In this document: piece by piece, positions 45,887-53,121 of the stretch
Numbering within the stretch: the stretch's first letter is position 1
Layout: every line of letters starts with the position of its first letter
Source of the DNA: Candidatus Binatia bacterium
GTDB taxonomy: Bacteria; Desulfobacterota; Binatia; DP-6
Length of the DNA stretch: 64,000 bases
Assembly (NCBI GenBank): GCA_035295465.1
Contig: DATGIZ010000025.1
Span: forward strand, 23,767-87,766
Direction: 5' to 3'
Program-made: the position numbers and the translations under genes
The notes under the pieces: generated by a model
The model's input: the letters and a program-made list of their open reading frames with translations, nothing else
The model's database searches: none
Told to the model about the DNA's origin: nothing

Positions 45887-46126
45887 TCAGCGCGCGCGCC
45901 GCGCCGGGCGCGGGCGGGCGGCGTGGGCGCGCTCGTATTCCGCGACGGCCCGCTCGAGCCGTGCGGCGGCCGCGTCGACGCGCGCGGCCGCCGCCTCCGT
46001 GCGGCTCGCGGCAGCCTCGGCCCGCGCGGCCGCTGCCTCGGCGCGGGCGGCGGCGGCGTCGGGGTCGGCGGCGAACGCCACGGCGGCGAGCAGGAGGAAG
46101 CCCAGGGCGAGCGGGAGCGCGCGCAT
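45887..46126 (-). CDS. small secreted alanine-heptad (alanine-zipper-like) protein
   Basis: Signal peptide MRALPLALGFLLLAAVAFA, then five heptads AAARAEA/AAARAEA/AASRTEA/AAARVDA/AAARLER. High GC3. The stop lies 8 nt before the TPP-enzyme start. Confidence 0.65.
   Translation of the reverse strand: MRALPLALGFLLLAAVAFAADPDAAAARAEAAAARAEAAASRTEAAAARVDAAAARLERAVAEYERAHAARPRPARRAR
45947..46057 (-). repeat. approximately 5 x 21-nt imperfect tandem repeat (coding the alanine heptads)
   Basis: The coding sequence for (AAAR-x-[ED]-A)x5 gives a 21-nt periodicity in the GCGGCCGC-rich DNA. Confidence 0.6.
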
Positions 46127-46173
46127 GGCGCCCGGCTAGCGTCCCCCCGCGGCCCTGTCAACCGAGTGAGGCC

Positions 46174-46202
46174 GTGACAGCACGCCGGCGCGTGATTACA
46201 CT
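46174..46202 (+). promoter_or_regulatory. candidate sigma-70-type promoter for the 46211 gene
   Basis: GTGACA (46174-46179), 17-nt spacer, TACACT (46197-46202). The -10 ends 8 nt before the ATG, implying a nearly leaderless mRNA. Confidence 0.3.
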
Positions 46203-46210
46203 GCGCTTTC

Positions 46211-46576
46211 ATGACGGGAAGAGACGCCATCCTGCAGGCCTTCGACCGGCTCTTCGACGCCGCGGCGGCGAAGCTCCACGTCACCTGCACCCCGCAGGAG
46301 CGCGCCGAGGCGAAGGAGCAGTTCAGCCAACGCTTCGGGCAGGTGCTCGACCTCACCAGCCGGGTGAGCATCCCGGAGCTGCCCGAGGCGGTGATCGCCG
46401 AGATGGAGGCGGCGATCGCCGCGCTCTCGCCCGCGGAGCTGGCGGGCGTCATCGCCTCGATCCCGCTCGCGCAGCAGACCCAGGAGATGCTGCGCGCGAT
46501 CGCGTTCCGCTCGGCCGAGCAGCGCCTCATCGAGCATTTTGCCTCGCAGGCCGAGACCCGGTACGGGGGCAACTGA
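46211..46576 (+). CDS. hypothetical protein (121 aa)
   Basis: MTGRDAILQAFDRLFD..., uniformly high GC3, no family recognised. Confidence 0.65.
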   Translation: MTGRDAILQAFDRLFDAAAAKLHVTCTPQERAEAKEQFSQRFGQVLDLTSRVSIPELPEAVIAEMEAAIAALSPAELAGVIASIPLAQQTQEMLRAIAFRSAEQRLIEHFASQAETRYGGN

Positions 46577-46593
46577 GACCGGCGGGCTGACGG

Positions 46594-47370
46594 TCACGGG
46601 CTGCCGCGGCGTGCTCCCGAGGGCCCCCGTTGGACGGCGAGCCAGGCCCCTGCGCCGGCGGCGACCGCCAGGCCGACCCACTGCGCCTCGGTGAGCCCCA
46701 GGGCGATCGGCCGGTTGGTGCGCACCAGCTCGACGAGAAACCGGATGGCGGCCGCCGTCGTCAGATAGATTGCGAAGGTCGTCCCGGGCCGTCGCATGCG
46801 CTCGCGGCTCGACCAGAGGATCACGGAGAGCGCGGCCAACGCCATGCCCTCGTAGAGCGCCGCAGGGTGGACGCGGACGCCAGGAGGATGTGGCCATGGC
46901 GCCACCCCGTGCGTGTAGGCGACGGCCCACGGCAGCGTGCTCGGCGTCCCCCAGTCGCCGTCGCCAGCGAGGTGGCAGCCCACCCGGCCTACGGCGAGCC
47001 CGAGCGCGAGCGCCGGGGCCGCGGTGTCCGCGGCGCTCGCCCAGGGCACCCGCCAGCGATGGATCGGCCAGAGCGTCGCAACGGCGCCGCCGGCGAGCCC
47101 GCCGTACCAAACGAAGCCGGAGCGGCTGGTGAGGAACGCGAGCGGAGCCGCCGCGAACGCCGCGGGGTACTCGAGCGCGAGGTTCAGACGTGCGCCGAGC
47201 AGCCCGCCGAGGAGCGCGAACACCACGATCGCCCAGGCGAGGTCCGTGGGCTCGTCCTTGCGGGCGAGGTCCCGATGCATGAGCGCCCCGGCGGTGACGA
47301 ACGCGAGGGCCACCATCAGCCCGAAGGACCGGATCGGAATGGGCCCGAGATGCCCGAGCACGGGCCGCAT
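46594..47370 (-). CDS. lgt: prolipoprotein diacylglyceryl transferase
   Basis: IRSFGLMVALAF ... GRVGCHLAGDGDWG ... motifs of Lgt in a polytopic 258-aa ORF. Confidence 0.9.
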   Translation of the reverse strand: MRPVLGHLGPIPIRSFGLMVALAFVTAGALMHRDLARKDEPTDLAWAIVVFALLGGLLGARLNLALEYPAAFAAAPLAFLTSRSGFVWYGGLAGGAVATLWPIHRWRVPWASAADTAAPALALGLAVGRVGCHLAGDGDWGTPSTLPWAVAYTHGVAPWPHPPGVRVHPAALYEGMALAALSVILWSSRERMRRPGTTFAIYLTTAAAIRFLVELVRTNRPIALGLTEAQWVGLAVAAGAGAWLAVQRGPSGARRGSP

Positions 47371-47373
47371 CCG

Positions 47374-49071
47374 TCACTTGTTGTGCGGCACTACGACCTC
47401 GGCGGTGGCGCTGGAGGTGTTCCCCGACGGATCGCTGCACCCGACCGTGATCGTATACACGCGGCCGGTCCCCCCGGTGGCGCGCTCGGCCCGAATGTCG
47501 GCCGTCAGCGGCCCGGTGATCTCGTAGTCCACCGGCGTGTTGCCGTCGCCCTTGCCGTTGAGCGGCTCGTTGCTGGCGATGCTCGTGATCTGGCACGTGG
47601 CCGCGCCGCAGGTATCGGACGCGGTGACCGCCACCGTCACCGGGACCATCTTGTGGTTCGGGGGCCAGAGGAGATCGGGCGTCGCCGTCACCCCGGCGAT
47701 CGTCGGCGGGGTGGTATCGACGACGCTGATCGTCGCCGACGCCTCGTCGGCCTGCATGAAGGCGTCCACCGCCTTGACGAAATAGGTCTCGGAGCCGAGC
47801 GCCTGCTGCACCGTGAGCGTCGGCGTCGAGCCGAGATAGTCGCCGGCGCGGCTGCCGAGGAACCAGCCGAACCCGACGATGTTGTCCTCGGGGTCGGTGC
47901 TCGCGGTCGCGTCGAGCGTCACCGGCGCCCCGTCCGGCGACGTGCACTCGACCGTACGGTCCGGTCCGAGGCTCGCCTGCGGCGGCGTGTTCTCGACCGC
48001 GCCGGCGACGTTCACCATCATGTCGAAGTCCGTGCTGTCGTTCGAATCGCCGACCTGGCCGACGAGGCTGCCCTGCACGCCGCATGCGTGCCCGTCGAAC
48101 CCCACGGTGATGCCGTCGGAGTTCGCCCCGAAGAACGCCTTCCGATCCCCGTTCTGGAATCCCCGACCCGACGTCTGCGTCGCGTCCGCGGGGACGAGCG
48201 CGCTCCCCGACGCGGGGAGGACGAAGGGGACCGACGCGCCGAGCGTGACGACGTGATCGATGTCCGTGTTGTCGAACAGCCCGAGGAACCCGTCGAAATG
48301 GATCGTGCCCGTCGTGTCCAGTCGATAATCCATGCTGATGCACGATTGACCGGCCGGACACGTCCCCGGCGCGGCGGGTGCGAAGCGCACGGTACCCGAG
48401 AGCGGCGCGCTCGGGTTCTGGCCCGCGGCGCTCACCTCGACGGTGCCGTCCACGGGACAGCTCGTCACGTGGCCCATGATGCCGGCCGCCAGCGCGGACG
48501 GCGTGGGCACCGCCGGATCGCTCTGCTGGGCGAGGCAGACGGGCCCCGGGTCGTTGCACGCGTTGGCGCTGGCGCAGTTCGCGTCCTTCACCCCGGCAGC
48601 CGGGTTCCAGTTCGAGCAGGTGGCGTCGAGCTGATTCGGAGCGCATCCCTGGTCGCAGCTCGCGTCGTAGAACGTGTCGGGCGACGCCCCGGTCAACGCG
48701 CAGGTGCAGGTCGTGCGCGGGAAGCACTTGTTCGACATCTTCTCGACCTGGAATTCGACGCGGCTGTTCGCGCTCTTCCCGCAGTCCGCGAGGAGATCGT
48801 CGGCCGTCGGCGTGCTGCCGTTGGGGAGGTTCGGATTCAGATTCGCCGGCGCGCAGACCCGTAGGTCGATCGTCGAGGACTGGCCAGTGCCCGAGTACGT
48901 GCAGGTGCATTCGCAGACGTAGCCGTTGTCGAGCCCCGGAGCGACCGGCGTGATCTCGTCGAGACCGAGCACGCGGTCGCACCCGCCGAGCGGAATGCCG
49001 ACCGCCACGCTGAGCGCGACCGCCAGACAAACGAATGCCCCGGACGCGAGATGACGAGCGATGCACCGCAT
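47374..49071 (-). CDS. Cys-rich lipoprotein with C-terminal Ig-like (WPPNHKMV-motif) domain
   Basis: Lipobox IPLGGC. The N-terminal ~170 aa carry many Cys (CECTCTYSG, CTCALTG, CDQGC, CASANAC). The C-terminus reads DTTPPTI...LWPPNHKMVPVTV. Strong AAGGAGGAG SD. The stop lies 3 nt before the lgt start. Confidence 0.8.
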   Translation of the reverse strand: MRCIARHLASGAFVCLAVALSVAVGIPLGGCDRVLGLDEITPVAPGLDNGYVCECTCTYSGTGQSSTIDLRVCAPANLNPNLPNGSTPTADDLLADCGKSANSRVEFQVEKMSNKCFPRTTCTCALTGASPDTFYDASCDQGCAPNQLDATCSNWNPAAGVKDANCASANACNDPGPVCLAQQSDPAVPTPSALAAGIMGHVTSCPVDGTVEVSAAGQNPSAPLSGTVRFAPAAPGTCPAGQSCISMDYRLDTTGTIHFDGFLGLFDNTDIDHVVTLGASVPFVLPASGSALVPADATQTSGRGFQNGDRKAFFGANSDGITVGFDGHACGVQGSLVGQVGDSNDSTDFDMMVNVAGAVENTPPQASLGPDRTVECTSPDGAPVTLDATASTDPEDNIVGFGWFLGSRAGDYLGSTPTLTVQQALGSETYFVKAVDAFMQADEASATISVVDTTPPTIAGVTATPDLLWPPNHKMVPVTVAVTASDTCGAATCQITSIASNEPLNGKGDGNTPVDYEITGPLTADIRAERATGGTGRVYTITVGCSDPSGNTSSATAEVVVPHNK

Positions 49072-49338
49072 GGGCTCCTCCTTAGATGGACAGATGGGCC
49101 GAACCTAGGGAGGCGACCCGCAAAGCGCCAGCTTCGAACGGTAAGCAATTCGGTTAAATTCGAGCCCGCCTGGGAACCGGTTGGGCGGCGATCGCAAGGG
49201 TCTCGCGCCTCCCACTTTTGCCTCGCAGGCGGAAACACGCTACGGAGAGGGCTGAGCTTGCTGCCCGCGGGGTGAGACGCCACGTCGTCCGAGAAGCGCG
49301 CCAAGGTCATCGAAGTCGACTTTCGATCCCGGCGCCGG

Positions 49339-49719
49339 GTGTGGCCGACTCCCCAGGCGCCGGCTACGACGTCGGCGCGGCAGATGCTGGGACGCGCGGC
49401 GGGCTTCCTGATGTTCTGGCGGCCGCCGGCGCGCCGCGCCGGCGGGGAATACCTCGGCGGCCGCTGGGACTGGGGGTGGACGCTGTTCGTGTGGACCACC
49501 GACGCGGCCGTCGGGCCGGTGTGGAGCGATCTCGTCGACGCGCGCGGCTACGTGCCGCAGCGGCTCACGCGCGAGGCCTTCCTCGCGTTCCTGCGCCGCG
49601 CGCACGACGTGGGCGGGCTGCTGCTCGACGGCGAGCTCGACGGGGGCGGCCACGTGATCCGGGCGGAGGCCGAGCAGCTCATCCGCCGGGACGATGCGCT
49701 GACGGCGCTCGGTTGCTAG
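49339..49719 (+). CDS. hypothetical protein (start uncertain)
   Basis: Very high GC3 through GGEYLGGRWDWGWTLFVWTTD...LIRRDDALTALGC. Candidate starts are GTG 49339, ATG 49384 and ATG 49411. Confidence 0.5.
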   Translation: MWPTPQAPATTSARQMLGRAAGFLMFWRPPARRAGGEYLGGRWDWGWTLFVWTTDAAVGPVWSDLVDARGYVPQRLTREAFLAFLRRAHDVGGLLLDGELDGGGHVIRAEAEQLIRRDDALTALGC

Positions 49720-49742
49720 TCGACGAGCTGGAGGTCGGGTCG

Positions 49743-50903
49743 ATGCGGAGGCGGATGGTGGTGGCGGCGGCCGGGCTCGCGTCGGCGCTCGGCGCGGGTC
49801 CCGCGGGCGCGCGGCGGCCGGCGGCGGCGCCGAGCGCGGCGTGCGTGGCCTACGAGGTTGCCGACGCGGGCAGCGGCGCGGTGTTGGCCGAGAAGGACGC
49901 GCACCGGCGCTGGCCGCCCGCGTCGATGGCGAAGATGATGACCGTGCTCATCGCCATGGAGCGCGTGCGCAGCGGCGCTTCCACGCTCGCGGAGCCCGTG
50001 CACACCTCGGCCTGGGCGGCCCACATGGGCGGCTCACAGGTCTACCTCGCCGAGGGCGAGGCCTTCCCGCTCGGCGAGATGCTGGAGGCGATCATGATCG
50101 CATCCGCCAACGACGCGGCGGTCGCGGTGGCCGAGCACGTCGCGGGCTCCGAGACCGCCTTCGTCACGCTGATGAACCAGCGCGCGAGGGAGCTCGGCAT
50201 GGCCGAGACCACCTACGAGACCCCGCACGGTCTGCCGCCCGGTCCAGGGCAGCGACCGGACGTCACGAGCGCCCACGATCTCGTGCTTCTCGGACGCGCG
50301 CTCACGCGCTTCCCCGAGGTGATGCAGTGGGCGGCGACGCCGAGTGCCGGCTTCCGCAACGGCACGCTCCAGATGATGAACACCAACCACCTCGTGCGCG
50401 GCGGCTATCCGGGCGCGACCGGCCTCAAGACCGGGTACTACGCCGAGGCCGGCTTCGAGGTGACGGCCACCGCCACGCGCGGCGACCTGAGCGTGATCGC
50501 GGCCGTGCTCGGCTGCCCGACCAAGCAGGCGTCCTTCGCCGAGGCGGCGCGGCTGATGAACGAGGCGTTCGCCGGCTACCGGGTGCTCGTGGCGGCGCGC
50601 CGGGACGCGCCGGTCGGCGAGGTGCCCGTGAGCGGCGGCGCCGCGGCCGGGGTCAAGGCGGTCGCCACCGAGGATCTGCGGCTCCTGCTCAAGCGCGCCG
50701 ACGACAAGGCCGTGCAGGTCGAGGCCCATCTCCCGCGCCTCGTGGCGGCGCCGGTGCGCCGGCGCCAGGCGCTCGGCGAGGTGATCGTGCGGCAGGGCGA
50801 CCGCGAACTCGGCCGCGTGCCCGTGGTCGCCGATGCGGACGTGCCGGCCACCGGCTGGCTCTCGTGGATCTGGAACCGCGGCGGCCAGCCGGGGCCGCAG
50901 TAG
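49743..50903 (+). CDS. D-alanyl-D-alanine carboxypeptidase (PBP5/6-type serine peptidase S11)
   Basis: Trimmed to MRRRMVVAAAGLASALG. SMAKMMT (SxxK), SANDAA (SxN) and KTG motifs. Confidence 0.85.
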   Translation: MRRRMVVAAAGLASALGAGPAGARRPAAAPSAACVAYEVADAGSGAVLAEKDAHRRWPPASMAKMMTVLIAMERVRSGASTLAEPVHTSAWAAHMGGSQVYLAEGEAFPLGEMLEAIMIASANDAAVAVAEHVAGSETAFVTLMNQRARELGMAETTYETPHGLPPGPGQRPDVTSAHDLVLLGRALTRFPEVMQWAATPSAGFRNGTLQMMNTNHLVRGGYPGATGLKTGYYAEAGFEVTATATRGDLSVIAAVLGCPTKQASFAEAARLMNEAFAGYRVLVAARRDAPVGEVPVSGGAAAGVKAVATEDLRLLLKRADDKAVQVEAHLPRLVAAPVRRRQALGEVIVRQGDRELGRVPVVADADVPATGWLSWIWNRGGQPGPQ

Positions 50904-50933
50904 CGGGTCGCCCGGCGGCGGCGGGGACGGAGG

Positions 50934-50956
50934 CACGCCCCCGCACCGCGGGCGTG
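50934..50956. terminator. short hairpin between convergent genes
   Basis: CACGCCC (50934-50940) pairs with GGGCGTG (50950-50956), with a 9-nt loop. It lies between the stops at 50903 (+) and 50969 (-). Confidence 0.3.
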
Positions 50957-50968
50957 ATCGGCGTCAGC

Positions 50969-51244
50969 TCAGTCGACGAACGCGCCCGACGGCGAACAGG
51001 GATTCGCGTTGAGGCACGTCTTCTTGACGCAGTCGCTCTTGATCGCCTTGTTCTGGTTCTTGATGCAGGTCTTCTTGTCCTTCCCCGTCTTGCTCTTGCA
51101 GTCGAACGAGGTCTTCACGGCCGTCTTGCAGGCCTTGACCTTCGGCCCACACCCGCTGCATTTCTTGGCGAGGCTCGGCGCCGCGGCCAACGCCACGCCC
51201 AGCGCCGCCACGGCAAGGTAGCCTATTGCCCTTCGTGCCATCAT
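50969..51244 (-). CDS. small secreted Cys/Lys-rich protein (mature ~65 aa, 8 Cys)
   Basis: AAGGAGGG SD followed by ATGATG. Signal peptide MMARRAIGYLAVAALGVALAAAPSLA, then KKCSGCGPKVKACKTAVKTSFDCKSKTGKDKKTCIKNQNKAIKSDCVKKTCLNANPC. Codons still end in G/C. Confidence 0.7.
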   Translation of the reverse strand: MMARRAIGYLAVAALGVALAAAPSLAKKCSGCGPKVKACKTAVKTSFDCKSKTGKDKKTCIKNQNKAIKSDCVKKTCLNANPCSPSGAFVD

Positions 51245-51307
51245 CGACCCTCCTTGGAGCACTCCCTCCCGACCCGGGCTTCCCGAGTATCGCTCCGTCG
51301 AGGTGCC

Positions 51308-51335
51308 ATTATGCTGTTTGAGAGTCGAAACTCAA
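51308..51335 (-). promoter_or_regulatory. candidate sigma-70-type promoter of the Cys/Lys-rich peptide gene, overlapped by a 7-bp inverted repeat
   Basis: The minus strand reads TTGAGT (51335-51330), 16-nt spacer, CATAAT (51313-51308). The inverted repeat GTTTGAG (51316-51322) / CTCAAAC (51331-51337) spans the -35 and spacer. Confidence 0.4.
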
Positions 51336-51354
51336 ACGCCTAGCCTCAAAAGTC

Positions 51355-52923
51355 GTGCCCCAAGGCGGAGGTGTAGGGACGCCGGACGAGCCCCTTCGCC
51401 GGGCGCTGCGCGAGGCGACCGCCGAGCTGCTGCGCCGGCTCGACGAGCTGTCGCTCGTGCGCCTGGTGGGCGACGCGCTCGCGGGCGAGGTGGCCCCGCC
51501 GGCGATCGGCCGGGCGGTGGTGACCCTGCTGCGCGAGGAGGCCGGAGCCGAGCTTGCGGGCCTGTGGGCGACCGACGCCCGCGCCGGCGGGCTGCGCCTG
51601 CTCGCGCTCGCGCGGGAGGGCGCGGAGCCGGAGACGGCCGGCGCCGACGCGCCGCTCGTCCCCTTCTCGGCGGGCGCCCTCGGCCGCGCCGGAGCCGGAG
51701 AGGCGACACTCGTGGAGGATGCGGCCGCCGCCCCCGAAGATCCGCCGGCCGAGGCGGCGGGCCTGCGGGCGCTCCTCTTCCATCCCGTCGGCGTGCGCGG
51801 CCGGATCGCGGGCGTGCTCGTGCTCGGCGCCGCCGAGGCGGGCGCGGTCGGCGCGGAGCACGAGCGCCTGCTCGGGCTCATCGCACCGGCCGTGGCCATG
51901 GCGCTGGAGAACGCGGCGCTCTACGACCGGCTCGCGGCCGAGAACCGCCGCCTGCGCGCCGCGCTCGATTCGGGGACCGGCGAGCCGGTGCTCGTCGGTG
52001 CGAGCCCGGCCTTCCGCCGCATGCTCGCGGTCGTGGAGCGGCTGGCGGCCGCCGACATCACGGTGCTCGTCCTCGGCGCGAGCGGGACGGGGAAGGAGCT
52101 GGTGGCCCGGGCGCTCCACCACCACAGCCCGCGCCGAGCGGGGCCGTTCGTCGCGGTCAACTGCGCGGCTCTGCCCGACACGCTCCTCGAGAGCGAGCTG
52201 TTCGGGATCGAGCGCGGCGTGGCGACGGGCGTCGAGCGCCGCCCGGGCCTCGTCGAGCGCGCCGCCGGCGGCACGCTGTTCCTCGACGAGGTGGGGGACA
52301 TGAGCCTTGCCGTGCAGGCGAAGGTGCTGCGCGTGCTCCAGGAGCGCGAGGTCGTGCGCGTCGGCGGCGGCCGCCCGCTGCCTGTCGACGTACGCGTGAT
52401 CGCGGCCACGCACCAGGACCTCGAGCGGGGGGTGCGCGAGGGCCGCTTCCGCGAGGACCTCTACTTCCGCCTGAAGGTCGCCAGCGTGCATGTGCCCGCG
52501 CTGGCGGAGCGCGTGGACGACGTCCCGCTGCTGGCGCAGCACTTCCTCGCCCGCTTCGCCGAGAAGCACGGGCGCCCCGGGCTCGAGCTCTCCTCGCGGG
52601 CGGTGACCGCGCTCGTCGGCCGGGCCTGGCCGGGGAACATCCGGGAGCTGGCGAACGCGATCGAGCACGCGGTCGTGCTCGCGGCCGGCCCCCTGGTCGA
52701 GGCCGCGGACCTGGGCCTCGACCCCGGCCCCGCGGCCGACGATGCCACGGACGGGGATCTCGCCTATCGGCGGGTGGTCCCGGCGGCCGTGGACAGCGCC
52801 GAGCGTGCGGTCATCCAGCGGGCGCTCGTCGCCGCGGGGCAGAACCGCACCAGGGCAGCGCGCCTGCTCGGCATCGGGCGGCGGACGCTTCTCTACAAGC
52901 TCAAGCGCTACGGGCTTCGTTGA
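51355..52923 (+). CDS. GAF-domain AAA+ enhancer-binding-protein-type transcriptional regulator (Fis-type HTH) with degenerate GAFTGA loop
   Basis: GTG start. N-terminal GAF-like region, Walker A GASGTGKE, Walker B TLFLDEVGD and C-terminal QNRTRAARLLGIGRRTLLYKLKRYG. The loop reads ELFGIERGVATGV where ELFGHEKGAFTGA is expected. Confidence 0.9.
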   Translation: MPQGGGVGTPDEPLRRALREATAELLRRLDELSLVRLVGDALAGEVAPPAIGRAVVTLLREEAGAELAGLWATDARAGGLRLLALAREGAEPETAGADAPLVPFSAGALGRAGAGEATLVEDAAAAPEDPPAEAAGLRALLFHPVGVRGRIAGVLVLGAAEAGAVGAEHERLLGLIAPAVAMALENAALYDRLAAENRRLRAALDSGTGEPVLVGASPAFRRMLAVVERLAAADITVLVLGASGTGKELVARALHHHSPRRAGPFVAVNCAALPDTLLESELFGIERGVATGVERRPGLVERAAGGTLFLDEVGDMSLAVQAKVLRVLQEREVVRVGGGRPLPVDVRVIAATHQDLERGVREGRFREDLYFRLKVASVHVPALAERVDDVPLLAQHFLARFAEKHGRPGLELSSRAVTALVGRAWPGNIRELANAIEHAVVLAAGPLVEAADLGLDPGPAADDATDGDLAYRRVVPAAVDSAERAVIQRALVAAGQNRTRAARLLGIGRRTLLYKLKRYGLR

Positions 52924-52930
52924 GCGCCGT

Positions 52931-53067
52931 GGGTGCGCAGGGCGCCGCGCGGGGCAGGGCACGGCGGTGCGCAGCCGGCTGCGCAGCCGGAATCGGCCCG
53001 GCCGTCCTGGGCCGGGCGGCGACGCGCCGTGGATCCGCGGGCTCCAAGTGCGCGCCGGGGTGCGCAG
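52931..53067 (+). promoter_or_regulatory. cluster of four TGCGCAG-containing repeats
   Basis: GGTGCGCAG at 52932-52940, 52966-52974 and 53059-53067, plus GCTGCGCAG at 52978-52986. Copies 2 and 3 form a 12-nt tandem [G/C]TGCGCAGCCGG. Confidence 0.4.
52996..53017 (+). terminator. 8-bp GC hairpin 70 nt after the regulator stop
   Basis: GCCCGGCC (52996-53003) pairs with GGCCGGGC (53010-53017), with a 6-nt loop and no T-tract. Confidence 0.3.
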
Positions 53068-53105
53068 CACGGGCGGCCGGCCTCGGCGGGACGCGGGCTC
53101 CCGGC

Positions 53106-53121
53106 CGGCACACGGCCTGCG
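53106..53121 (+). promoter_or_regulatory. weak candidate sigma-54 -24/-12 element
   Basis: cGGCACacggcCTGCg has the correct GG-N10-GC spacing (GG 53107-53108, GC 53119-53120), but C replaces T at two consensus positions. Confidence 0.25.

Noticed and set aside
45900-46080. GCGGCCGC-rich periodic DNA that might be taken for a CRISPR-like array or non-coding VNTR
   Set aside because: The 21-nt periodicity is explained by in-frame alanine heptads of a signal-peptide-bearing ORF. There is no repeat/spacer alternation.
46196-49066. 956-aa minus-strand and 744-aa plus-strand ORFs over lgt and the Cys-rich lipoprotein
   Set aside because: Shadow frames. The accepted frames have Lgt motifs, a lipobox and a strong SD.
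49152-49167. GGTTAAATTCGAGCCC, superficially like a tRNA T-arm
   Set aside because: I could not build an acceptor stem, D-arm or anticodon arm around it. It is not a tRNA.
51303-51308. TGGCAC on the minus strand upstream of the Cys/Lys-rich peptide gene, next to an EBP-type regulator (a tempting sigma-54 -24 box)
   Set aside because: Ten nucleotides after the GG there is GA, not GC, and there is no TTGC-like -12 element. The hexamer overlaps a good CATAAT -10 of a sigma-70-type promoter instead.
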